Origin: an uncultured bacterium
Lineage (GTDB): Bacteria; Oederibacteriota; JAAXVQ01; JAUVAV01
Assembly: GCA_963710755.1 (NCBI GenBank)
Contig: CAVQBK010000003.1
Span: 64,001-128,000, forward strand
Direction of reading: 5' to 3'
DNA length: 64,000 nucleotides
Part shown: piece by piece, positions 30,261-38,716 of the stretch
Numbering within the stretch: the first letter of the stretch is position 1
How the letters are laid out: every line of letters begins with the position of its first letter
Notes under the pieces: model-generated
Database searches by the model: none
What the model saw: only the letters and a program-made list of their open reading frames with translations
Told to the model about the DNA's origin: nothing
Program-made: the position numbers and the translations under genes

Positions 30261-33200
30261 CCGACCGCTCCACCACCAGTACAAATGGTTCTCTACGATC
30301 GGCATAGTCCATGGCCTGACGCTTGGTGAACACCACACGGCCGGCTTTGATACCCACGGCCGCACCCTGACCCACAGCCGCCAAGGCATGGTCAATTTCA
30401 TCAGGCAAGCGCGGTGCTCTTAAGGACCGTTCCATCCAGATCAAGGTACTTATATCAATGTTTTCAAAAAGGTCTTCCATATTGATAAGCTTGTGATTTA
30501 ACATATGGCGTATCACTTTGATCTTAGCTTCCGGATAAAGTTTCTTACCTGCACTTCTGACCTGTAAAATATAGAGCTTGCCGTCTTCCACGGTGAACTC
30601 AACATCAACCACGTTCTTTAATTGGGTTTCAAAAAATTTAACCCAATGCTGCAATTCGTTATAGACAGCTTCACCAATTTCTTCTTTTAATTGATTAATA
30701 CCATCAGGCGTGACCAAACCGCCCACAATGGCCTGGCCACTGCGGGCTCTTTTCCAGTTGCCGGTCATGCGATTGTCACCGGTTTTAAAATCACGGGAAT
30801 AAACCACACCGGCCCCGGAGTTGTCGTTCTTGCCGCCAAAAACCATTTTCTGGACGGTCACACCCGTACCGGTATTGGGTACATTGAAGCGCTCGCGGTA
30901 GTCTATGACTTCCTTGTCATTCCAAGAATTCATGACCCGCTCGGTAGCGACAGCAAGTTGTTGGTGAACATCTTGGGGAAATTCAAAGCCATGGAGCTTG
31001 ATTTGTTCTTTAAACTCCTCAATCAGCCGTTGCGAATCTGCTTTTTTAAAATAATTGCCCTGCATCTCTTCTGCCATTAGGCCGCGCAATGCTTCAAATT
31101 CCTTGGGATCAATGCCAAAAACCTTGGTGGCAAAGCCTTCGATGGCTGTGGAATAGACGTACCAGGCATAATTCTCATTGTCCCATTGTTTGGCTAGGCC
31201 GTTTACGGTTTCATCGTTTAAACCGAGAAAAAAGACGGTTTCCATCATGCCCGGCATGGAAGTGTCCGCGCCGGAGCGTACGGATACCAAGAGGGGATTA
31301 TCCTTGTCTCCAAACGTTTGGCCTGTATCTTGGTTCAACTGACGTATGCCCCGTTTCAAGGCGGCTTTGTGGGCGAGCAGCAACTTGCCTCTATTGGCAA
31401 TCACCTCCAGGGAAGCTTTGGCGCGCATGACAAAGCCCGGCGGTACCGGTGCCCCCCATAGGCACATGTTGATCAATCCCCGTCCTTTACCGCCGGCGTC
31501 TTTCAAAAAGGCTTCATTAATTTTTGTTTTCATACTCTGATGAAAATTAACTATAAGCGGTATTTTTTTGGAAAGACGGACATGGATAGTCCCTAGTGCG
31601 CCTATGAGCCAAGGCAAAAATTTAAATAAAAACACCAGACCCAGTGCGGCTTCAAAAACCGCTTGCTTTCCATCTGGCGCTTTGCCAGCCAAAACCTTTC
31701 GGCCATCGGTCAGACTAAGAGGAATAAAATTAATCACCGCCAGCAGGGCATTCACCGTCATAGTGAGATGTAACCATAATAAAACCACACCCAGCGGTTG
31801 AAAACTAAGGATGCTTATAAAGGCCGCGGCCGCCAGGCCCGCATTGGCAGCCGGACCGGCCAAAGCCACCAGGCGTACATGATTAATATTCTTTAATTTT
31901 TTCTCATTGATGGGCATGGGTTTAAGCATGGCTAAAATAGGCCACCCGAAAAGATAATGCATGGCTGCCAATGCCAAAGGCAACACGATGGTGCCCGGCA
32001 AGGATATGTGTTTAAAAATATTGAGGGTCAGGCGCCCGGCTTTTTCCGCCGTATTATCGCCAAAGATTTTGGCCACTCGGGCATGGCTGTACTCATGCAA
32101 CGCCAGGGAAAACAAAATGATCAGTACTGCCCCGGCGACCACACCAGCCAACATCATTGCCGGCATCGTGATACCCGGCCAAATGGCAAAATACCATTTC
32201 ACGGCCACCGTCAAAAGACCTAACGCCCCTGCTGCCGAAACCACCGCATGCAACCAAATACCTTGTTTGGTTAATAGAAAATGCTGGTAGTGCTGTATGG
32301 TGGGGTTGGTAGCCAAGAAGGTTGGGATCTTTCGCCACAATTTTAATAATGGGGTCGCAGGGTGAAGGAATACCTCAACCGCCTCCCGCGACACGCCTTG
32401 TTTCCTAGCAGACCTAGATGCAACCCACGCTGTTTGCAGACATTGATCATAATTATCAAAAAAAACGATGGTCCATTGAGAAAAATGCTCCACCGTGCCC
32501 CACGGCGTACCCTCCCGGCCCTTCAGCCTCCGGGGAGTAATTAAGGCCCAAACCTGGTGCGGAGGACCCTTTGGATCTTGAACCGCAATGGGGTGTATCA
32601 CCATACCGGCTGGAAGTTTTGCCCTGGCATCGGTGTCAGGCCCGTTATCTTGGTTGGCAGCAAGAATTTGCTGCTGTTGGGGGGGGAGTTTTTCCCAAGC
32701 TGCCCGGGCCAAAGCGTCCAGGGTTAACTCAACACTTTGCCGATACAGCATTGGATGAGCCTGTGGCCACAAAGGCGGGGCCATGTTGGTTTGAGTGCGA
32801 ACCAGTAACTTTTCCAAAGGCAACAGCTTGTCCTGCAAAATATTGAAGTACGGATTGATCATGTCGGTTTTGGTCACTGTGGGCCTGATGACCACGTAAT
32901 TCATGCCTTGCTGTTTAAGGGCCTTCAGCACGCCCTGGCGGTGAAAACCGCCCATAATCAGCACGGCCAAATCTTCATGACGCTGCAACAGACGCTGCTT
33001 CACATTGGCTGCAAAGGCCAGACTGCGTTCATCAGCCAGGCGGTAAAAGGTTCCCACCTGCCGGAGATAGTCGTCCAGTCGATAAAGCTCCGGTTCGACC
33101 CCATCGCCAATCTTTTTTTGCTGAGCAATGAATTGCAAAAAAGCAGCCATACGATAATCCTCAGCATGTGCTTGGTAGGCGGCCCATTCCTCATTGGAAA

Positions 33201-34137
33201 TGGAAATACTGAGCATACGCCCAATCATCTCCGCCCGCGCCAGCAGCTGATCCAGTTTCATTTCCTGCGGCGTTTGATATAACTTCTGCCTGATGGCTTG
33301 ATCGAGGCGCTCCAAATCCTTGCCGGCCGGTTCCATGTCCTGAGGGGCGATCTTGCCATCATCCAGCCGTTCCAGCAGCTGTTGCTGACTGTACTCCAGA
33401 ATGAGCTTAACCCTCCTGGCCCACAGTCTGAGGAGGCGGGCATAGGCTCTAATGGTGAGCTTATTGTTTCGGAAATCTGTTTTCAGCCCATCAAAGGCGT
33501 AAAGCGCCTTGTGATAAACAGAAGACTTCAAGTCCTTTAACCGATCTTGCAAGTCCGCCACCAAGCCCTGGGTTTCCATGTTTAAAAAAGCTTTAACCGT
33601 GTGGTGCGCCTTCTGGTAAAGAACTTGATTTTCCACACCGAAAAGTTCCACCTCCGATGTCTGCCCGGCCGCAAAATATTCCGCGCCTGTCAGCTTGCCT
33701 TGTTTCATAAAATAATCCGCCGCCATTTGCCGCAACCAAGCAACGGGAAAGGTACGCAGCGGACCGAGATCCACCGTTCCGCTGCCGCCTTCCAACCCAA
33801 TGATTCCAATATCTTGTGACTTAAGAAGTCGGGTTAAAATAGAGGCAATGTTCTTTTGCACTTCGTAATGGCAGTGCAGATCTTCAATACAGATAATCGT
33901 TTGACCTGATGATCCCTGATAGCGGTCCTGCACGCGGCCAATGGCTTCGGGCAACTGTAACGGTTGCTTCAAGGCTCCCCAGACAGGCAAGGTATGGGGG
34001 GGGGACTTATAGACGATGGGATTTATGGTCCAGGCCAGGGCAGGCCATAAAAAAGTGGTGATCAGCATAAGGACGATCATCCGCCGGATGGCGGCGTAGG
34101 AACGGATGAAAAGATGAGAAAAACATTTATTGGTCAT
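30247..34137 (-). CDS. N-terminal part of the giant protein: signal peptide, large N-terminal domain, M50 site-2 protease, PPDK nucleotide-binding domain
   Basis: EDLHCHYEVQKNI, GLEG, GKLTGAEY, GGFH; LHEYSH..AGP.AN..NFIP...TDG; GGKG, PVPPGF, LLVSVRSGA..SMPGMM, DVEFTVEDGKLYILQ.R; ATG 34137. Confidence 0.8.
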   Translation of the reverse strand: MTNKCFSHLFIRSYAAIRRMIVLMLITTFLWPALAWTINPIVYKSPPHTLPVWGALKQPLQLPEAIGRVQDRYQGSSGQTIICIEDLHCHYEVQKNIASILTRLLKSQDIGIIGLEGGSGTVDLGPLRTFPVAWLRQMAADYFMKQGKLTGAEYFAAGQTSEVELFGVENQVLYQKAHHTVKAFLNMETQGLVADLQDRLKDLKSSVYHKALYAFDGLKTDFRNNKLTIRAYARLLRLWARRVKLILEYSQQQLLERLDDGKIAPQDMEPAGKDLERLDQAIRQKLYQTPQEMKLDQLLARAEMIGRMLSISISNEEWAAYQAHAEDYRMAAFLQFIAQQKKIGDGVEPELYRLDDYLRQVGTFYRLADERSLAFAANVKQRLLQRHEDLAVLIMGGFHRQGVLKALKQQGMNYVVIRPTVTKTDMINPYFNILQDKLLPLEKLLVRTQTNMAPPLWPQAHPMLYRQSVELTLDALARAAWEKLPPQQQQILAANQDNGPDTDARAKLPAGMVIHPIAVQDPKGPPHQVWALITPRRLKGREGTPWGTVEHFSQWTIVFFDNYDQCLQTAWVASRSARKQGVSREAVEVFLHPATPLLKLWRKIPTFLATNPTIQHYQHFLLTKQGIWLHAVVSAAGALGLLTVAVKWYFAIWPGITMPAMMLAGVVAGAVLIILFSLALHEYSHARVAKIFGDNTAEKAGRLTLNIFKHISLPGTIVLPLALAAMHYLFGWPILAMLKPMPINEKKLKNINHVRLVALAGPAANAGLAAAAFISILSFQPLGVVLLWLHLTMTVNALLAVINFIPLSLTDGRKVLAGKAPDGKQAVFEAALGLVFLFKFLPWLIGALGTIHVRLSKKIPLIVNFHQSMKTKINEAFLKDAGGKGRGLINMCLWGAPVPPGFVMRAKASLEVIANRGKLLLAHKAALKRGIRQLNQDTGQTFGDKDNPLLVSVRSGADTSMPGMMETVFFLGLNDETVNGLAKQWDNENYAWYVYSTAIEGFATKVFGIDPKEFEALRGLMAEEMQGNYFKKADSQRLIEEFKEQIKLHGFEFPQDVHQQLAVATERVMNSWNDKEVIDYRERFNVPNTGTGVTVQKMVFGGKNDNSGAGVVYSRDFKTGDNRMTGNWKRARSGQAIVGGLVTPDGINQLKEEIGEAVYNELQHWVKFFETQLKNVVDVEFTVEDGKLYILQVRSAGKKLYPEAKIKVIRHMLNHKLINMEDLFENIDISTLIWMERSLRAPRLPDEIDHALAAVGQGAAVGIKAGRVVFTKRQAMDYADRREPFVLVVERSEKDS

Positions 34138-34345
34138 GGTTAAATCCTGCTTAAAGAAAGTGCAAGGCAGAGCAGAGGGCAAAGTTGGTCAACTATAACA
34201 AAAGCAAGATAAAGGGCCAAATTAAAATATGAGACTCCCTATATATTCTGATTTCCAACCCGGTCTTGGTTTTAATCTGAAACAAAGCAAGTTGTGATTT
34301 TTGTAGTAATACCTAACCCCTCATGTCGATACCTCTGCTTGGTCA

Positions 34346-34374
34346 TTGACAGGCTTTTTACCCCATGCTAGGCT
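34346..34374 (+). promoter_or_regulatory. Putative sigma70 promoter of ygiD
   Basis: TTGACA-17 nt-TAGGCT with an extended TG. Confidence 0.6.
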
Positions 34375-34414
34375 TGGACCAGCATCACTCACTGAAATAA
34401 CCAAGGGTGATCTC

Positions 34415-35230
34415 ATGGATAATCAACCTCTGCACCATCTACGATCGGCCTCCCTTCCCATGCCCCTTTTATTTCTGGGCCATGGGACACCCATGAATGC
34501 GATTGAAAACAATGAATTTAGCACCAATTGGCGGATCTTGGGCCAGCGTTTACCTGCACCCAAAGCGATTGTGGTGGTCTCAGCCCATTGGCAGACGGAA
34601 GGACTGACCGTAACCACCAGTGACCAGCCGGAAACAGTCCATGACTTTTGGGGCTTTCCGGAGATCCTGAACCGTTTTGTCTATCCTGCTCCAGGAGCCC
34701 CGGTCTTGGCGGAAACCATTAAACACCAGCTGACCATGGCGAAGGTGCGATCGGACCCTGACCGGGGTTTGGATCACGGCGCCTGGTCGGTGCTGGCCCA
34801 CCTATTTCCAGCGGCCTCTGTGCCGGTGATCCAAATCAGCCTGGACTGGCGTCAATCCCCGGGGTTTCATTATCAACTGGGACAAGACCTCGGCTTTTTA
34901 AGGCAACAAGGTGTATTGCTGGTGGGTAGCGGCAATGTGGTGCATAATCTCGATCTAATCGCTGATCAGCAGAAGGGATTTGATTGGGCGGACCAATTTG
35001 CACTGGTTGTTAAAAAGGCTCTGGAAAAGGAAGACCACCAGGCCTTGATTGACTACGAACATCTCCATCCTGCCGCTCATCTGGCGGTGCCCACCAATGA
35101 ACATTATTTGCCCATGCTCTTTATCCTTGGGGCAACCCAGCCTGGAGATCAACGCATACTTTTCTCAGACCGCTGCACTATGGGCTCTTTGTCCATGCTC
35201 AGCTTTTTATACTACCAGGAAGCTGGTTAG
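34415..35230 (+). CDS. ygiD: 4,5-DOPA extradiol dioxygenase (LigB family)
   Basis: LFLGHGTPMNAI, VSAHW, HDFWGFP, GLDHGAW, GSGNVVHNL, PTNEHYLP. Confidence 0.92.
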   Translation: MDNQPLHHLRSASLPMPLLFLGHGTPMNAIENNEFSTNWRILGQRLPAPKAIVVVSAHWQTEGLTVTTSDQPETVHDFWGFPEILNRFVYPAPGAPVLAETIKHQLTMAKVRSDPDRGLDHGAWSVLAHLFPAASVPVIQISLDWRQSPGFHYQLGQDLGFLRQQGVLLVGSGNVVHNLDLIADQQKGFDWADQFALVVKKALEKEDHQALIDYEHLHPAAHLAVPTNEHYLPMLFILGATQPGDQRILFSDRCTMGSLSMLSFLYYQEAG

Positions 35231-36192
35231 GCACCCTTACCGCCGGGGACAAGGTCGTGCACCTCACGAATGATTTTTTCAGCTTCCAGGGCGGCAATGG
35301 TGCCGTCGGCCACAGCCGTGGTAATCTGACGGTATTTTTTCTCGCGCACATCCCCAATAGCAAACACACCGGGCTGACTGGTGTGCATCAATTCGTCGGC
35401 AGCAATATAACCCTGATCATTTAGATGGATCTGGTCTTTCACCAAACCGGTGCGTGGTACAAAGCCGGCGTAAACAAATACCCCGTCCGTCGCCAGATGC
35501 TTGCGCTGGCCGGTTTTTAAATCCTCAACTTCCACTTCTTCCAGCTTGGTTTCACCCCGGTAGGCTCGGGGCTCATGACAACACATAAATTCAATTTTGG
35601 GATTCTTTTGGGCATTGTCCACTGCCAAGGCACTGCTTTGGAAACCGTCAAACTGATGCACAATGGTGACCTTTTGGGCAAATTGAGTTAAAAACACGGC
35701 TTCTTCCAGCGCCGAATTGCCACCGCCCACCACAACCACTTGTTTATCCTGATAAAAATCAGCATCGCAGGTGGCACAATAAGACAAACCCCGGCCTTTA
35801 AAGGTCTGCTCGCCCGGCAGGCCCAGTTGCCGCGGCTCCTGGCCCATGGCCAAAATAACAGCCGGCGCATAGAGGGTTTCTTCTTCATCGAGTTCCACGC
35901 TTTTACGGCGTTCCGTCAAGGACAACCCTGTGATCTCAGCGGCATTATAAAAGGTGACGCCATAGTGCTTGGCCTGCTCTTCCATCAAGCGGGCCAGTTC
36001 CTTACCCCGGATCTCCGGGTAGACCCCGGGATAATTGGCCACCAGGTGGGTGGTTTTCATCCATCCGCCGGGAAGATTTTCTTCCACCACGGCCACATCC
36101 AATTTGGCCCGACCTGCATACAAGGCCGCGGTTAATCCGGCTGGTCCTGCGCCAATGATAATTAAATCATGTGATTTGGTCATATCATTCAC
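35227..36192 (-). CDS. trxB: Thioredoxin-disulfide reductase
   Basis: IIGAGPAGLTAA, GRGLSYCATCDA, VGGGNSALEEA, GVFAIGDV, QITTAVADG. Confidence 0.95.
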   Translation of the reverse strand: MNDMTKSHDLIIIGAGPAGLTAALYAGRAKLDVAVVEENLPGGWMKTTHLVANYPGVYPEIRGKELARLMEEQAKHYGVTFYNAAEITGLSLTERRKSVELDEEETLYAPAVILAMGQEPRQLGLPGEQTFKGRGLSYCATCDADFYQDKQVVVVGGGNSALEEAVFLTQFAQKVTIVHQFDGFQSSALAVDNAQKNPKIEFMCCHEPRAYRGETKLEEVEVEDLKTGQRKHLATDGVFVYAGFVPRTGLVKDQIHLNDQGYIAADELMHTSQPGVFAIGDVREKKYRQITTAVADGTIAALEAEKIIREVHDLVPGGKGA

Positions 36193-36511
36193 CTACCAGT
36201 TGCTCGATGGCGCCCTTAATCTCTGATTTTTTGATCTCTCCCGACAGACGCTGGCCCTGCTCCTGACCATCTTTGAAAAAGACCAAGGTAGGACTGCCGC
36301 TGACACCCAGTTTTTCCGCCAAATCGCGGTTGCCTTGACGGTATATTTTTAAAAACTTCACCCGGTCGCCAAAGCTCTGTTCCACAGCTTCGTATTTGGG
36401 TGCCAAGGCTTCACATGGCGGACAATCGGTGGAAAAAAAATCCAATACCGCCGCTTGCCCGGTTTGGATAACCTCTTGTTCAAATTGGTCCTGATTAATT
36501 TCTTTCACCAT
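36185..36511 (-). CDS. trxA: Thioredoxin (CPPC active site)
   Basis: Real start ATG 36511 after AGGAGG; LDFFSTDCPPCEALAP, cis-Pro SPTLVFFKDG. Confidence 0.9.
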   Translation of the reverse strand: MVKEINQDQFEQEVIQTGQAAVLDFFSTDCPPCEALAPKYEAVEQSFGDRVKFLKIYRQGNRDLAEKLGVSGSPTLVFFKDGQEQGQRLSGEIKKSEIKGAIEQLVGE

Positions 36512-37892
36512 GATAGGGAACCTCCTGTATTTTTTTGAGCAGGTCTTCATAATAAAATTCCAAGCCCGCCTGCATGATGGCGCCAATGGGTTTGCAGTCA
36601 GGCGCCAACAAGGACCCTTGTTGGACGTGGGCCAAGACACCGCAACCGCCGCCACAGGCAGGCGCCACACTGCAGGTGCTGCACTCGGCAATGGTCTGCA
36701 CCCGGCGCGCTTGCCAGGACTTGGCGGCCTCCTGCAAATGCCAAACCGGATCATAACTGCCCAGAGCATAAGCCGGCTGACCCAAAGTGGCGGTGCAACC
36801 GTAGATCTTACCGCTCATATCAAAACCCCATTCATGTTTGGCCGCCGGGCAGGCGTCAAAGCGGGGCGTCAACATTTCTTCCTGCTCAATCCATTCTTTG
36901 AGCCCGTAAAAAGAAGGCTGATGAAAACGGCGCAGCAGCCGATTATCTTTGGCCATGGCCACAAATCGTTGATAAAGCCCGTCTTGCGTCAACAGGTCCT
37001 GGGGACAGCCGTAGGCGTCGTAAAGCTCGTAATTGCGGCCCAGCTGAGTCTTAAACCGTCCTGCCGGCTGATCAAGCCAGCCGTGCTCCTCGGCCAACTG
37101 CGCTAATTCCACCAGACCGTTCATATTGCCGTGATCAAGCACTACCCTGAGATTGATGGACATCCCGGTCTGCAACGCCAGATCAATACCAGCCACAATT
37201 TTGGCAAAGGTGGGTTCCTTGGTCTTGGTCATGCGGCGCTGATCATGCTGCAATGGTCCGCCGTCCAGCGTCACCTGAATTTCCTTGATCGGCCCCTGGC
37301 TAAGGTCCTCCATCCATTCCTGCAGACGATAGCCGTTGGTGACCACCGCCACGGCCAGGCTGCGCGCCTGTGAAGCAGCTATGATTTTTTGCACAATGCG
37401 CTTCAACCCGGTCCCTTGGCCCAGCGGCTCTCCGCCAAAGATGGTCACAAATTTTTCCCGGCCTTGCCCAACCGGTGCGTCCAGGGCCATTTCCACCTGG
37501 CGCTCGGTCATAAGACCTTGCTGCTGATACGAGCGCTGGTAACAATAGGAACAGGCTAATTCACAGGCATAGGTGGGCACCAGCAGGAGTTGCACCGGCG
37601 TTTGTCGGTACACTTCGTCAAACGCCGTTTGTTTTTGCTGCAAGTAGTTTTGTGCCTCTTGGTAGGTAGTGAAGTAATAATGATGGTCCAAAAAATCCTG
37701 GGTGACCGGGCCGGCCTTTTGATCACCGCCCAGCACCCGGGCTTCCTGGTCATCCACCAAGTGAAAAGCCCCTGAAAGCAGATTCACGGCTACCTGGGAT
37801 CTGCCGGCGATGGGCGCCGGCAGCTTTAACAGCAGCGTATGGGGACTGGCCACGTGAGACTTGGCCCCCGTGCTGCCACCAGTCTTAGTCAT
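36495..37892 (-). CDS. Radical SAM/SPASM domain protein (peptide maturase-like)
   Basis: CELACSYC, FGGEP, TNGY, QVTLDG; SPASM CPA...GC...CSTCSVAPACGGGC...C; N-terminal RRE-like extension; ATG 37892. Confidence 0.92.
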   Translation of the reverse strand: MTKTGGSTGAKSHVASPHTLLLKLPAPIAGRSQVAVNLLSGAFHLVDDQEARVLGGDQKAGPVTQDFLDHHYYFTTYQEAQNYLQQKQTAFDEVYRQTPVQLLLVPTYACELACSYCYQRSYQQQGLMTERQVEMALDAPVGQGREKFVTIFGGEPLGQGTGLKRIVQKIIAASQARSLAVAVVTNGYRLQEWMEDLSQGPIKEIQVTLDGGPLQHDQRRMTKTKEPTFAKIVAGIDLALQTGMSINLRVVLDHGNMNGLVELAQLAEEHGWLDQPAGRFKTQLGRNYELYDAYGCPQDLLTQDGLYQRFVAMAKDNRLLRRFHQPSFYGLKEWIEQEEMLTPRFDACPAAKHEWGFDMSGKIYGCTATLGQPAYALGSYDPVWHLQEAAKSWQARRVQTIAECSTCSVAPACGGGCGVLAHVQQGSLLAPDCKPIGAIMQAGLEFYYEDLLKKIQEVPYHGERN

Positions 37893-38010
37893 GGCAGCCG
37901 GCGATCGTTTTACTTTCCTTGGCACAGCACTGGGCTGTTTTCAGGCTTTGGCAGCATTTTTTTTCAGTTTTAAATTCCTCTTTTTTCTTGCCGGAAGTGA
38001 ATGTAATCAT
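37885..38010 (-). CDS. Small Cys-rich peptide, putative RiPP precursor: MITFTSGKKKEEFKTEKKCCQSLKTAQCCAKESKTIAGCHD
   Basis: Translated by hand (below the ORF-track cutoff); AAGGAG RBS; ATGA overlap with the upstream stop; its end overlaps the radical SAM start. Confidence 0.85.
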   Translation of the reverse strand: MITFTSGKKKEEFKTEKKCCQSLKTAQCCAKESKTIAGCHD

Positions 38011-38627
38011 GGGGTAATCTCCTTTTTTACAATAATATGAACGGACTCAAAAGCCACGTTCCTTTTCCTATATGATCTCAGAGATGTCATGGCTGGGGAT
38101 AAAAACCCGGCCGCTTTAAACAGAGTGACCCACTCGGCCTTGGTAATGCAGCCGCCGAAACAGTCGGCCCTGGCCTGCGGATCCTGCCGGGTAGTTTCGG
38201 GCAAGGGGTCTTCAGTAACCGGTTCGGCAATCACCGCCGTGGCGCCCCATTTTAGCACCCGGTAAATCTCCTTTACAACCGTCAGTTTGTCCCAGGCGTG
38301 ATTAAGGCTGCAGTCGGCCACCACCCAGTCAAACTGCTGGTCCGCAAAAGGCAACGCTTCCATTCGGCCCAATCTCCACTCCACCCGGCCGTCGGGATCA
38401 AGCGCCCGGGCTCGGTCCAGCATGGCCTGGGTGGCATCGAGCCCCACCAAAGTGGCCTCCGTCACCTCGCCTGCCAGACCCCTGAGCAAGCTGCCTTGGC
38501 CGCAACCGAGTTCCAGCAACCGTTCTTGGGGCTGCAGGGCAATACGGGGGCGCAGGTTTGGCGAACAGCTTAAACAAGTATCTTGCCCAGCCAGAGCGGT
38601 ATAACGCTGGTGCAAAGGATCGGTCAT
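38007..38627 (-). CDS. ArsM/AS3MT-like SAM-dependent methyltransferase
   Basis: CLSC near the N-terminus, LELGCGQG, ADCSLNH (ArsM SNCVINL position), DCFGGC (ArsM GCxxGA position); GGAGG RBS. Confidence 0.8.
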   Translation of the reverse strand: MTDPLHQRYTALAGQDTCLSCSPNLRPRIALQPQERLLELGCGQGSLLRGLAGEVTEATLVGLDATQAMLDRARALDPDGRVEWRLGRMEALPFADQQFDWVVADCSLNHAWDKLTVVKEIYRVLKWGATAVIAEPVTEDPLPETTRQDPQARADCFGGCITKAEWVTLFKAAGFLSPAMTSLRSYRKRNVAFESVHIIVKKEITP

Positions 38628-38660
38628 GAAGAGACCTCCAGAACGCTAGTATATTAGCTT

Positions 38661-38687
38661 ATTATAATGTTCTTATCTTATTGTCAA
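38661..38687 (-). promoter_or_regulatory. Putative promoter of the methyltransferase-peptide-radical SAM operon
   Basis: Consensus TTGACA and TATAAT on the minus strand, but with a short 15-nt spacer. Confidence 0.5.
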
Positions 38688-38716
38688 GTGTTTTTTGACG
38701 GGGCGGTCCTAATAAA

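Noticed and set aside
30247-31520. Housekeeping ppdK
   Set aside because: Embedded in a larger ORF, has degenerate motifs and lacks the pyruvate-binding domain
36512-36769. N-terminal extension of thioredoxin in the ORF track
   Set aside because: Overlaps the radical SAM gene; a strong RBS supports ATG 36511
35227-38627. Selenocysteine recoding in the redox/peptide operon
   Set aside because: All active-site positions are Cys codons; the TGA stops overlap downstream starts, as in ordinary translational coupling
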